From: Escherichia coli
Lineage (GTDB): Bacteria; Pseudomonadota; Gammaproteobacteria; Enterobacterales; Enterobacteriaceae
Strand: one strand, 5' to 3'
Assembly: GCF_003019035.1 (NCBI RefSeq)
Contig: NZ_CP027447.1
DNA length: 64,000 bases
Shown here: one piece after another, positions 18,044 through 27,102 of the stretch
Position numbering within the stretch: the first letter of the stretch is position 1
Layout: each line of letters opens with the position of its first letter
Translations under genes and position numbers: made by a program
Notes under the pieces: generated by a model
The model's input: only the letters and a program-made list of their open reading frames with translations
Told to the model about the DNA's origin: nothing
The model's database searches: none

Positions 18044-18927
18044 TGTTTGCCGTACTGGGTGATATTGAGTTTGAACTGATTACCTACTGGGACGGCTTCG
18101 AGGCCACGTTTGGCGTCGATTATGCGGAGCATGCCCGCATCGAGGGTAAACCCGGCCTGCAGTTCGTCGGCGACAGGCTGGACGAAATCCAGATAAGCCT
18201 GGTCTTCCATCAGCATTATTGTGTGCCCGACGTGGAGCTGGCGAGAGTGCGAACAGCCATGAAGGCCCATCAGGCACTGGCGCTGGTCTTCGGCAACGGT
18301 GACTATCGCGGCTGGTTCGTGATTACCGATGTGACCGCAACCAGCGAGCAGACAGACAGCACCGGTAACGTGCTGGCTGTCAGTGCCACCGTGTCTCTCC
18401 GGGAATACACCGGTGACCCGAAAAATCCTCTGCAACCGCCGGCAATACGCAGGCAGGTTCCCGGTGCCGGGGCCGTATCTGGTGCTGTTCCATCGCCTTC
18501 CGGGGTGGCGCAGTTCGTCCGTAACGGCGTCAACTATGCGAAACAGGCGCAGTCTGTACTCCAGACCACCATCAGTGCCGTTCGGGTGGCACAGAAAATG
18601 AAGGGTAACCCTGTTGTCGCGCTGACCCGTGTACCGGGACTGATGAGCGGACTGGGTAATATATCCGTGGCTCTGGGGAAAAGTGTTCCGGCGTTTAATG
18701 CACTCTCTGAATCCATGCCCGATGCCATCAGTCTGGCCAGAACAGCCAGTGAGGCAGCCACGTATGTACAGCAGGCGCAGTCGGCGCTGAGTGGTGTGGA
18801 CAAAAGAAATATTGCAGGTGCTCTGGATACCGTTTCCGGGCAGCTTAACGCCGCCGGCACAGCATTCAACCGCATGTCTCCGGGATTAAGTGCAATGGCC
18901 GCCAGAATACTGACGAGGAGTGTGTGA
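18043..18927 (+). CDS. tail protein (Mu N / DNA-circulation-like)
   Basis: Order after tape measure; family resemblance from memory. Confidence 0.5.
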   Translation: MFAVLGDIEFELITYWDGFEATFGVDYAEHARIEGKPGLQFVGDRLDEIQISLVFHQHYCVPDVELARVRTAMKAHQALALVFGNGDYRGWFVITDVTATSEQTDSTGNVLAVSATVSLREYTGDPKNPLQPPAIRRQVPGAGAVSGAVPSPSGVAQFVRNGVNYAKQAQSVLQTTISAVRVAQKMKGNPVVALTRVPGLMSGLGNISVALGKSVPAFNALSESMPDAISLARTASEAATYVQQAQSALSGVDKRNIAGALDTVSGQLNAAGTAFNRMSPGLSAMAARILTRSV

Positions 18928-19139
18928 TGTTTCTTGAACATATTACCCGTGACGGAGAGCGCTGGGATTCGCTGGCATGGCAGTACTACGGTGACCCGCT
19001 GGGCTATCCCCGGATTATTGCAGCCAATCCGCACGTGGCCATTACGCCGGTGCTGCCCTCCGGGTTGTTGTTACTGATCCCGGTTATTGAGGCTGAAGAT
19101 GCCCGTACAGAAGAGGATATTGCCCCATGGCTGAGATAA
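18927..19139 (+). CDS. tail protein X-like (LysM-like small tail protein)
   Basis: Small protein between N-like and D-like genes resembling P2 gpX. Confidence 0.45.
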   Translation: MFLEHITRDGERWDSLAWQYYGDPLGYPRIIAANPHVAITPVLPSGLLLLIPVIEAEDARTEEDIAPWLR

Positions 19140-20281
19140 ACAGTACTGCGCAAGCCACATCAGCGTTAACCGGCGTCAGCGATGTGCTGACGCCGGTATT
19201 CACTCTGTGGTATCTGCAGAAAAACATCACCTCTGATATCGCGCCTTATGTCACCCGTGTGGTCTGGAGCGATAACATCAAAAATGAGTCCGATACCATT
19301 GAGGTGGAGCTGGACGACACCGATGGCCGCTGGCTGGATAAGTGGTATCCGGGCAAGGGTGACACGCTGACGCTGAAAATGGGTTATCAGGGCGAGAAAC
19401 TGCTGTCCTGCGGTACATTCTCAATAGACGAGATCGAAGTGAGTTCGCCCGCGTCCGTTGTCGCTATCCGTGGGGTGGCCACCTCGGTTAACAGTGCTCT
19501 GCGGACTAAATCCAGCCGTGGTTTTGAGAACACCACGCTGGCAGCTGTTGCGGGGCGGATTGCCAGAAAGCACCGGCTGAAACTGGTGGGCAGCATTGAG
19601 TCCATCAGAATCGACCGGGTGACCCAGTATGCTGAAACCGACGTGGGTTTTCTGCGCCGGCTGGCCAGCGAGTATGGTTATGCAGTGAAAGTGGTCAGTG
19701 ACCAGTTGATTTTTTCTCATCTGGCCACACTGCGCAGTCAGGAGCCGGTCAGGCAGTTAAAACCGCAGGATGTGGCCTGCTTTTCCCTGCGTGACACCAT
19801 CAACCGGGTCTATAAATCTGCAAAGGTAAAACACCAGAAAAGCAGCAGTAAAAAACTGATCGTCTACGAAGCTGATGGTGGTACCCGTGAAAGCGACAAA
19901 AAGCTCAAAGGCGGTAAGGTTACCAGCGCTGACTCACTTAAAGTTAACAGCCGCGTCAGCGACCCGGACAGTGCCCGGATTAAAGCGGATTCAGCACTGG
20001 CCAGACATAACGAATACCAGCAGAACGGCTCCCTGACGCTGACGGGAACGCCTCAACTGACAGCAGGCAACAAAATTGAACTGGTGGGCTTTGGACAGTT
20101 ATCCGGTCCATGGCTGATAATCACTGCCCGCCATGCGTTTGAGCGTAACAGCGGCTACACCACAGAGCTGGAAGTGGCACGGGGGCCAGTCACAAGAGGG
20201 AAAAAACAAAAAACTCAGAAACTCACGGTTTATCACCCGGATGGCAGTACATCGACGGTGATTAAGGAGAAGAAAAAATGA
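19127..20281 (+). CDS. tail/baseplate hub protein (P2 gpD-like / Mu P-like), 384 aa
   Basis: Order and family resemblance. Confidence 0.65.
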   Translation: MAEINSTAQATSALTGVSDVLTPVFTLWYLQKNITSDIAPYVTRVVWSDNIKNESDTIEVELDDTDGRWLDKWYPGKGDTLTLKMGYQGEKLLSCGTFSIDEIEVSSPASVVAIRGVATSVNSALRTKSSRGFENTTLAAVAGRIARKHRLKLVGSIESIRIDRVTQYAETDVGFLRRLASEYGYAVKVVSDQLIFSHLATLRSQEPVRQLKPQDVACFSLRDTINRVYKSAKVKHQKSSSKKLIVYEADGGTRESDKKLKGGKVTSADSLKVNSRVSDPDSARIKADSALARHNEYQQNGSLTLTGTPQLTAGNKIELVGFGQLSGPWLIITARHAFERNSGYTTELEVARGPVTRGKKQKTQKLTVYHPDGSTSTVIKEKKK

Positions 20282-20805
20282 CTGGTGTCACCCGTCAGAT
20301 CGGTACGGTCAGTGCCGTTGATGCCGACAGGGTTCAGGCCCGCGTTCGTCTGCCTGAATGCGATAATCTGCGCACAAACTGGCTTAACGTGCTACAGCGC
20401 AATACCCAGGATAACAAGGATTACTGGCTCCCTGACGTGGGGGAGCAGGTTGAGGTGCTGCTCGATGCCAACGGCGAGGATGGTGTTATTCTGGGCGCGG
20501 TGTACTCAGACGTCGATAAACCGCCGTTCAGTGATAAAAACGTCCGGGGTACGAAATACGCTGATGGCGCGGAGTTCAGTTATAACCGCGCGACCCATAC
20601 GCTGACGGTCAGAGGAGGTATTGAGCGTATCGTGGTGGAGGTTGCCGCTGATATCTCTCTCAAAGGGAAAAAACTCGACCTCACGGGAGTTACCACGATC
20701 AACGGCCCCGCGACACTCAATGGTGATCTGGAAATCAACGGAAGCGCCCATGCAACGGGTAACATATTTGCTGATGGTCAGAACTCTAATCACCATTCCC
20801 ATTGA
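20278..20805 (+). CDS. baseplate assembly protein V (spike), 175 aa
   Basis: gpV-like sequence. Confidence 0.7.
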   Translation: MTGVTRQIGTVSAVDADRVQARVRLPECDNLRTNWLNVLQRNTQDNKDYWLPDVGEQVEVLLDANGEDGVILGAVYSDVDKPPFSDKNVRGTKYADGAEFSYNRATHTLTVRGGIERIVVEVAADISLKGKKLDLTGVTTINGPATLNGDLEINGSAHATGNIFADGQNSNHHSH

Positions 20806-20861
20806 ACCTTCTTAAACGCCTTTAATATCGGCGCTTACTTCCCGGGGGCAATACTGCCTCC

Positions 20862-21209
20862 ATGAAAACGACCTCAGTATTCTGGCAACCAGCTCTGCAG
20901 GCTCCCGGCGAAATCGTCCGGGGGCTGGATGATATCCGGCAGTCCATCCAGATCATCCTGCGGACTCCCCGCGGCAGCGACCCGCATCGCCCGGAGTTCG
21001 GCAGCAATCTGCACCTTTATATCGACTGGCCTGTCGACCGGGCCATTCCGCATGTGGTTCGCGAATCCGTCGATGCCATCAGGCGCTGGGAACCCCGCTG
21101 CCAGCTTATGTCGGTTAAACCCGCCGTCGACGGCGAACATCTTACGCTCCGGGTGAGCTGGAAAGGCTCAGACGGACAACCCCGTACTCAGGAACTGCTA
21201 TGGCGCTGA
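20862..21209 (+). CDS. baseplate wedge protein gpW/gp25-like, 115 aa
   Basis: GPW_gp25-like sequence. Confidence 0.7.
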   Translation: MKTTSVFWQPALQAPGEIVRGLDDIRQSIQIILRTPRGSDPHRPEFGSNLHLYIDWPVDRAIPHVVRESVDAIRRWEPRCQLMSVKPAVDGEHLTLRVSWKGSDGQPRTQELLWR

Positions 21210-22303
21210 CAGAACCCGATTTTATTGAACGCGATGCCGATAAAATCACGGCAGAAATGATTGCGAAGTATGAAGAGGATACCGGAAAAACGCTGTACCC
21301 GGCACAGGCTGAACGTCTGCTGATTGACCTGTGGGCCTATCGCGAAATGCTGGTCAGGGTGGCAGTACAGGAGGCGGCGAAGCAGAATCTGGTCGCTTTT
21401 TCCCGTGAGCCGATGATTGATTACCTCGGTGAACTGGTCGGTGTATACCGCCTTGCCGCGCAGCCTGCCACCACCACACTTCAGTTCTCTGTGGATGAGG
21501 CACTGGCCATTGATGTGCTGATCCCGGCAGGCACCCGCGTCAGCGCTTCCGACAGTATTATTTTTGCCACCGATACAGACGTGGTGCTGAAGGCCGGATT
21601 GCTGCTGGTCAATGTCACGGCCACCTGTACCGAGCCGGGTACCGCTGGCAACGGCTGGCAACCGGCGCAGGTCAGTCAGTTACTCGATGAGATTGATAAC
21701 ATTGACCTGCTGGTGACCAATCTGACGGCCAGCTCTGGCGGTTCAGAGCAGGAAGACGATGACCGGCTCCGGGAGCGTATCAGGCTGGCCCCGGAGTCAT
21801 TCACCAATGCCGGAAGCCGTGGTGCATACCGTTTTCATGCTATGGGGGCGCATCCCGGCATTGTCGACGTTGCTGTTCTTTCTCCCGCTCCCGGCACTGT
21901 CGAGCTGTATCCGCTGCTCAGCACTGGTCTGCCGGACAGCAGTATCCTCACTCTGGTAGAGAGTTTCTGTTCTGACGAAAAAGTCAGACCACTCACTGAT
22001 ACCGTGCGGGCTAAAACACCTGTTCAGGTGGATTACACCATTGAAGCCAGGATTACGATCTATCGTGATCAGGATGCAAGGTTGGTAAAGGACAACGCTA
22101 ACAGCGCCATACAGAACTGGGTGGCATCCCGTACCGCCACGCTGGGGCGCGATATTGTTCCCAGCCAGATTATCAGCGTGTTGTCCGTTTCCGGGGTGTA
22201 CCAGGTCGAACTGGTGACACCGGCACTGAGGGTGGTGGCAGAAAACGAATGGGCAAACTGTACGGCGATCACTCTTAACATGACCGGGGTGTCCGATGGC
22301 TAA
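21200..22303 (+). CDS. baseplate protein J-like, 367 aa
   Basis: Baseplate_J-like sequence and order. Confidence 0.8.
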   Translation: MALTEPDFIERDADKITAEMIAKYEEDTGKTLYPAQAERLLIDLWAYREMLVRVAVQEAAKQNLVAFSREPMIDYLGELVGVYRLAAQPATTTLQFSVDEALAIDVLIPAGTRVSASDSIIFATDTDVVLKAGLLLVNVTATCTEPGTAGNGWQPAQVSQLLDEIDNIDLLVTNLTASSGGSEQEDDDRLRERIRLAPESFTNAGSRGAYRFHAMGAHPGIVDVAVLSPAPGTVELYPLLSTGLPDSSILTLVESFCSDEKVRPLTDTVRAKTPVQVDYTIEARITIYRDQDARLVKDNANSAIQNWVASRTATLGRDIVPSQIISVLSVSGVYQVELVTPALRVVAENEWANCTAITLNMTGVSDG

Positions 22304-22874
22304 GGTGCTACAACTCCCGCCACCGCTTGAGGGTGATATCAGTCTCAGAACGCTGGGAAGACTGGCCGGACGGCTGGATAACATCGACCTGAGCGTACTG
22401 ATGGTCGGTCTCGTCGATATTGTCGACAGTTCCGCGCTGCCATGGCTTGGCGAGCAGTTCTCGCTGTTCGGCGATGGCTGGGAACTGGCGGAATCGGACG
22501 ATGTACGCCGCATGCTTATCAAATCCGCTATCGAGCTACACCGCTATAAAGGAACACCGTGGTCAATCCGGGAAATTATCCGCCGTTTTGGCTTCGGCGA
22601 AGTGGATCTGATTGAAGGTACGGGGCAGATTGGCTATGACGGCAGACACACGTACAACGGGCTTTTCGTCCATGGTGATGCACAAGCCTGGGCAGTCTAT
22701 CGCGTCATCTTTCAACAACCCATCACTAACGATCAGGCGGCGCTGTTACGTCAGACGCTTGCTGCCTTTGCTCCGGCTCGCTGTCATCTGGCAAGTCTGG
22801 AATATCAGTCTGTCGCCATTCGATACAACAGTACTACCTGTTATGACGGTAGTTACAACCACGGGAGCAGTTAA
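22296..22874 (+). CDS. tail protein I-like (P2 gpI / Mu gp48-like), 192 aa
   Basis: Family resemblance and order. Confidence 0.7.
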   Translation: MAKVLQLPPPLEGDISLRTLGRLAGRLDNIDLSVLMVGLVDIVDSSALPWLGEQFSLFGDGWELAESDDVRRMLIKSAIELHRYKGTPWSIREIIRRFGFGEVDLIEGTGQIGYDGRHTYNGLFVHGDAQAWAVYRVIFQQPITNDQAALLRQTLAAFAPARCHLASLEYQSVAIRYNSTTCYDGSYNHGSS

Positions 22875-22876
22875 TT

Positions 22877-23845
22877 ATGGCAAATCTACCCGAAACCCCG
22901 CAGTGGGAAAGCGGCATCTACCAGATTGAGGTCTCTGACCCCGTTCTGGGCGGACCTGACGGAATTTCTAACCGCCAGGCTAAACAACTGGCCAGCCGAA
23001 CGTCATACCTCAAACAGAAGGTCGAAAAAAGCGGAACAGACCTGGCTGCACATATCGCGGCAGTTGACCCGCATACCCAGTACGCGACGAAAGCCAGTCC
23101 GACATTCACCGGCACACCAACAGCACCTACACCTGCAAATGGTGATAACAGCAAAAAGCTGGCGACGACGGAGTTTGTGGCCAAAGCACTTGCGGCACTT
23201 GCAGGCAGCGCCCCTGAGACACTGGATACGCTTAAAGAGCTGGCTGACGCTCTCGGTAATGATCCAAACTTTGCGACTACGGTACTGAACAAGCTGGCGG
23301 AAAAGCTGGCTAAAGACCAGAACGGCGCAGATATTCCTGAGCCTGCGCTGTTTGTCAAAAACCTTGGTTTGGGGGAAGGCTCTGCACTGCCCGTTGGTGT
23401 GCCCGTTCCGTGGCCCTTAGCAACACCACCAACGGGCTGGCTGAAATGTAACGGTGCAGCATTTTCTTCTGAAATGTACCCCAAACTGGCAAAAGCCTAC
23501 CCCGCGAATAAATTACCGGATTTACGCGGAGAATTTATCCGTGGCTGGGATGATGGGCGAGGAATTGATGCGGCACGCGCTTTATTGAGCATTCAAAACG
23601 GGATGTTGGAAAAACACCGCCATATTGTTGTAGCTAACGATGGATATGACACAAAAGATGAATGGGAGTTGGCTACGATTTTCAAAAAAACATATACACA
23701 AGGCAGGGGGCTTGATGCCACAAATACAGGAGGGAGTTTGACTCCATCACCAACGCTTCATTCACGAGGAAGTATTGGTAACACAGGTGGTAGTGAAACC
23801 CGCCCCCGCAATATTGCATTTAACTATATCGTGAGGGCGGCTTAG
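22877..23845 (+). CDS. tail fibre protein: constant N-terminal part fused to the variable C-terminal part currently in the + orientation
   Basis: Tail-fibre-like N-terminus; C-terminal ~155 aa lie inside the invertible segment. Confidence 0.75.
   Translation: MANLPETPQWESGIYQIEVSDPVLGGPDGISNRQAKQLASRTSYLKQKVEKSGTDLAAHIAAVDPHTQYATKASPTFTGTPTAPTPANGDNSKKLATTEFVAKALAALAGSAPETLDTLKELADALGNDPNFATTVLNKLAEKLAKDQNGADIPEPALFVKNLGLGEGSALPVGVPVPWPLATPPTGWLKCNGAAFSSEMYPKLAKAYPANKLPDLRGEFIRGWDDGRGIDAARALLSIQNGMLEKHRHIVVANDGYDTKDEWELATIFKKTYTQGRGLDATNTGGSLTPSPTLHSRGSIGNTGGSETRPRNIAFNYIVRAA
23361..23386 (+). other. gix/hix-like recombination site, left (TTGTCAAAAACCTTGGTTTGGGGGAA)
   Basis: Matches the AAACC-NN-GGTTT core of Gin/Hin sites; sits at the outer edge of the long inverted repeat. 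Confidence 0.55.
23371..23569 (+). repeat. inverted repeat, left copy (~200 bp, high identity to reverse complement of 24772..24978)
   Basis: Direct comparison of the two stretches; both encode GEGSALPVGVPVPWP...GRGID. Confidence 0.8.
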
Positions 23846-23851
23846 TTATAT

Positions 23852-24469
23852 TCAACTGGCTGCTGCCAGAGGCATTTCCGGCCAGTTGATATCCGGTGCA
23901 GTGCTGATGTCAGTCGCATTAAGCACATCTATGAAATCAAGCACGGCGTTTAGTTTTTCCGTCTCCTGGGGCGTCAATCGGCGTCCGGCTCGTAGTTTGA
24001 GATTTATAAGCTCAACAGATGCCATTGCCTGTTCCTCAAGTTGCTGACGATGCACTCCGGCAGCTTCCAGTTCTGCTGCGTGCTGTCGTCCCGCATCTGT
24101 CACCCAGGTCTCACCATCCCAGACATCATAGATAGTAGCTGGCTGTTTCACCGTCGTATCAGGAGGGTAATCTCCCGGTTGTGTGATTTGCACAGCGTTA
24201 CCATTCTCTGTGCTGTAAACCGTTTCGCCTCTGTGGTCTGGAACATATTTCCAGATGTTCTGGTCGGTATCACGACAGACAGCGAAGCCGGGGCGTTTTT
24301 CTGGTGGCGCGTCAATGCATGAGTGAGCCGGAATTCCAACACCATAAGCGAGATACTCAACAGTGGCAGAGAGATATTCACGGTTTTCAGCATCGTAGTT
24401 ATAAACGGTAATATCGCCTGCAGTTATAGCGATACCATTCTGATCAAGTACTGCAGCAGCATTATTCAT
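23852..24469 (-). CDS. tail fibre assembly protein (Tfa/U-like), 205 aa
   Basis: Tfa-like sequence; start overlaps stop of the inverted alternative fibre segment. Confidence 0.7.
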   Translation of the reverse strand: MNNAAAVLDQNGIAITAGDITVYNYDAENREYLSATVEYLAYGVGIPAHSCIDAPPEKRPGFAVCRDTDQNIWKYVPDHRGETVYSTENGNAVQITQPGDYPPDTTVKQPATIYDVWDGETWVTDAGRQHAAELEAAGVHRQQLEEQAMASVELINLKLRAGRRLTPQETEKLNAVLDFIDVLNATDISTAPDINWPEMPLAAAS

Positions 24470-24972
24470 TAAGTAGCCCTTACAATATAGTTAAACGCAA
24501 TATTACGGGGGCGGTTTTCCGTTCCTGTATTCCCTCCGTTGGCACCTAATCTATAAACACCACGAGTGCCAATAGCACGTAGTGAAGATGGAACTTTTAC
24601 ACCTGACTCATCTGTTTTAACAATCCCGCCATCACCGTATGTAGCCAGTATACCAGGGTTTGTTCCTGCACGGGTGCTATTTGCGGCAAGCCCTTCACCA
24701 GTCCATAACTCCATATAGTGAATATGATCTATAACCGAATGTGATTGTGCATTAAGCAAGGAACGCCCTGAATCAATTCCCCGCCCGTCATCCCAGCCGC
24801 GAATAAACTCACCCCGTAAATCCGGTAATTTATTCGCGGGGTAGGCTTTTGCCAGTTTGGGGTACATTTCAGAAGAAAATGCTGCACCGTTACATTTCAG
24901 CCACCCTGCTGGCGGTGTGGCTGAGGGCCACGGAACGGGCACACCAACGGGCAGTGCAGAGCCTTCCCCCAA
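24469..24972 (-). CDS. alternative tail fibre C-terminal segment (silent in this orientation; no own start expected)
   Basis: First 65 aa near-identical to internal part of the + strand fibre; different C-terminal ~100 aa ending in the same RPRNIAFNYIVRA motif. Confidence 0.65.
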   Translation of the reverse strand: MGEGSALPVGVPVPWPSATPPAGWLKCNGAAFSSEMYPKLAKAYPANKLPDLRGEFIRGWDDGRGIDSGRSLLNAQSHSVIDHIHYMELWTGEGLAANSTRAGTNPGILATYGDGGIVKTDESGVKVPSSLRAIGTRGVYRLGANGGNTGTENRPRNIAFNYIVRAT

Positions 24973-24978
24973 ACCAAC
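24772..24978 (-). repeat. inverted repeat, right copy
   Basis: Reverse complement matches 23371..23569. Confidence 0.8.
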
Positions 24979-24988
24979 GTTTTCGTCT
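24963..24988 (-). other. gix/hix-like recombination site, right (reads GACGAAAACGTTGGTTTGGGGGAA on the - strand)
   Basis: Same AAAC-NN-GGTTT core in inverted orientation. Confidence 0.5.
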
Positions 24989-25043
24989 TAACTCCCACCT
25001 ATACCAGCTATGTATTTTTAACAAAACAAAGAGGATATTTTTC

Positions 25044-25616
25044 ATGCAAATTGGCTACATTCGTGTGTCAACAAATGACCAGAATACAGATTTACAACGA
25101 AACGCACTGAACTGCGCAGGATGTGAACTGATTTTTGAGGATAAAATCAGCGGAACAAAGTCAGCCCGACCGGGATTGAAAAAGCTGCTCAGAACGTTAT
25201 CAGAAGGAGATACGCTCGTTGTCTGGAAGCTGGACAGGCTGGGCAGAAGCATGAAACACCTCATCACTCTTATTGAGGAACTGCGGGAAAAAGGGGTTAA
25301 CTTCCGTAGTCTTACAGACAGCATTGATACGTCAACACCCATGGGACGTTTCTTTTTTCACGTCATGGGGGCTTTAGCGGAAATGGAGCGTGAATTAATA
25401 GTTGAACGAACACTGGCCGGACTTGAAGCAGCACGTGCACAGGGGCGTATTGGTGGACGTCGTCCGAAACTGACAAAAGAGCAACATGAACAAATAGCAA
25501 GGCTGATCAAAAATGGCTATAGCAGGAAACAGTTGGCAATTATTTACGATATCGGTATATCGACGATTTATCGTTATCACCCTGTAGAGGAACTTCAAAC
25601 TCAAGCTGAGTTGTAA
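25044..25616 (+). CDS. Gin/Pin/Hin-family serine DNA invertase, 190 aa
   Basis: N-terminal MQIGYIRVSTNDQ catalytic-serine motif and near-identity of long blocks to Gin/Pin as I remember them; SD AAGAGGA. Confidence 0.85.
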   Translation: MQIGYIRVSTNDQNTDLQRNALNCAGCELIFEDKISGTKSARPGLKKLLRTLSEGDTLVVWKLDRLGRSMKHLITLIEELREKGVNFRSLTDSIDTSTPMGRFFFHVMGALAEMERELIVERTLAGLEAARAQGRIGGRRPKLTKEQHEQIARLIKNGYSRKQLAIIYDIGISTIYRYHPVEELQTQAEL

Positions 25617-25691
25617 TTCTTTTTCTGATATTGAAATGCCGCGGCGATGTAATTTATCTCACGGAAATAGGTACGTTTATCGCGCGGCGCA

Positions 25692-26204
25692 TCAATTCCT
25701 TTGTAAATCCAGCAAATCATCAATGCCAGTTTCACTTGCGGTATAAAAACTATCGGACTGAAAAACACACGGGCGACCTTGCTGATTAAAGGTCATCAGA
25801 ATCAAAAACGCGTTAGGTGCCAGACCATTTCCTGAAATACCCCGCCAGATAACCAGATCCTGAATGCCGTTACGATCAAGATCGGCACGGTAAAGTTGCG
25901 CATTACCCGCCATATTTTGCAGCACCCCCACAGGCACAGACCAGGATTTACCGGCGCGATCTTTACCGTTCAATTGCCATTCACTATCATCATTTGGCAT
26001 CTTTTCAAGCGTCACGCCAGCAACGCCGACTTTTCTAAAATGCCAGGTTTGCTCGGCATCATAAGGCATGGTCAGGAGAGGTTTCAGCGCCCGCTTTTGC
26101 GCGTATTCGCTGTCACTCATCGGCAGATATTCGGTAAAGCTGGTGGCCTGTGCAGGCAGCACTAAGCTCAATAAAAAAGCGCACATCCCTGTTCTGATGT
26201 TCAA
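25692..26204 (-). CDS. secreted hypothetical protein, 170 aa (signal peptide ...LSLVLPAQA), between invertase and hycI
   Basis: Signal-peptide-like N-terminus; TTG at 26204 or ATG at 26186 as start. No family recognised. Confidence 0.5.
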   Translation of the reverse strand: MNIRTGMCAFLLSLVLPAQATSFTEYLPMSDSEYAQKRALKPLLTMPYDAEQTWHFRKVGVAGVTLEKMPNDDSEWQLNGKDRAGKSWSVPVGVLQNMAGNAQLYRADLDRNGIQDLVIWRGISGNGLAPNAFLILMTFNQQGRPCVFQSDSFYTASETGIDDLLDLQRN

Positions 26205-26228
26205 TTCCCTGAATTCCTTACTGAAAAA

Positions 26229-26699
26229 CTACTCTTCTTCCACCGCTAACTGCGCGAAGCCGCCGTTCCCTTCCCAGCCTTCCAGACGTTGATAAACGGT
26301 TTCCACCGCATCTTTAATCGGCTGGGTCATCGGGTAGTAAAAGCCGACGATATCCGGCTGGATGCCGAGGAAAATCACTTCGCCAATGTCTTCTTTCAAC
26401 TGGTCGATAAGGTAGTTCAGCGGCATGTTATGGGTAGTCATCATAAACATCTCGGCGATGTCATCCGGGTCGATGATGCGGATCTCGCCGGGGTTTAGCC
26501 CCATATCCGTGGCGTCGACAATCAGCAGTCGTGTCGGGCGCAGTTCACGGATGGCGACGATATCGTTTTCCGGTGCGCTACCGCCGTCAATCACCACCCA
26601 GTTACCTTTCGGCGCGGCGGCGCACTTTTCCGCCAGCAGCGGGCCTGCGCCATCATCGCCCATCATGCTATTGCCAACACAGAGTAAAACGTCAGTCAC
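26229..26699 (-). CDS. hycI: hydrogenase 3 maturation protease
   Basis: Recognised E. coli protein sequence; operon context. Confidence 0.9.
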   Translation of the reverse strand: MTDVLLCVGNSMMGDDGAGPLLAEKCAAAPKGNWVVIDGGSAPENDIVAIRELRPTRLLIVDATDMGLNPGEIRIIDPDDIAEMFMMTTHNMPLNYLIDQLKEDIGEVIFLGIQPDIVGFYYPMTQPIKDAVETVYQRLEGWEGNGGFAQLAVEEE

Positions 26700-27102
26700 G
26701 CAATCTCCTCACCATCAAATAGATGGCATTTTCCTGATAAATATCATGCAGCATACTTAACAGCATGGTACTCCATTCTTTCTGCTGCGAAGTTTGCGCT
26801 GCCCGGGCTTTATCGAATGCGTTAGCCAGCATCGGCACATGGTTAATGTCGATGACGATCTCACCGTACTTCGGCACGCCTTCCATTTTACGGCGGGCTT
26901 CACTGCCCGCCTCCAGAGTGGCAATCCATGCCAGATATTCATCCCACGGGCAGGTGAGCGCGGCTTCCAGGCAATCGATAACCCCAAGGTGGTGACCAAT
27001 CGCCAGGCTGTAATAGACCACCTGCTGCGCCTCGGCGGGCGTGGCATCGTTCTCATCAATAAATTTACGGCTCAGTTGACTGAACACCACCTTTTCACTC
27101 AT
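26692..27102 (-). CDS. hycH: formate hydrogenlyase maturation protein HycH
   Basis: Sequence and gene order. Confidence 0.9.
   Translation of the reverse strand: MSEKVVFSQLSRKFIDENDATPAEAQQVVYYSLAIGHHLGVIDCLEAALTCPWDEYLAWIATLEAGSEARRKMEGVPKYGEIVIDINHVPMLANAFDKARAAQTSQQKEWSTMLLSMLHDIYQENAIYLMVRRLRD

Larger units (their letters stand above)
1..25700 (+). mobile_element. Mu-like prophage, late region (lysis, head, tail, invertible fibre segment, invertase); left end outside window, right end approximate
   Basis: Uninterrupted + strand block with the Mu late-gene order: lysis genes, DUF3486-like small terminase, large terminase, DUF935-like portal, F/G/I/T-like head genes, sheath, tube, tape measure, baseplate, tail fibre, Gin/Pin-like invertase. 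Boundaries not seen directly. Confidence 0.7.

Noticed and set aside
25617-25691. Possible Mu-type right-end transposase binding repeats in the short GC-rich stretch (GCCGCGGCG / GCGCGGCGC) after the invertase
   Set aside because: The similarity to Mu attR repeats is too vague to call, and 75 bp is short for a complete end.
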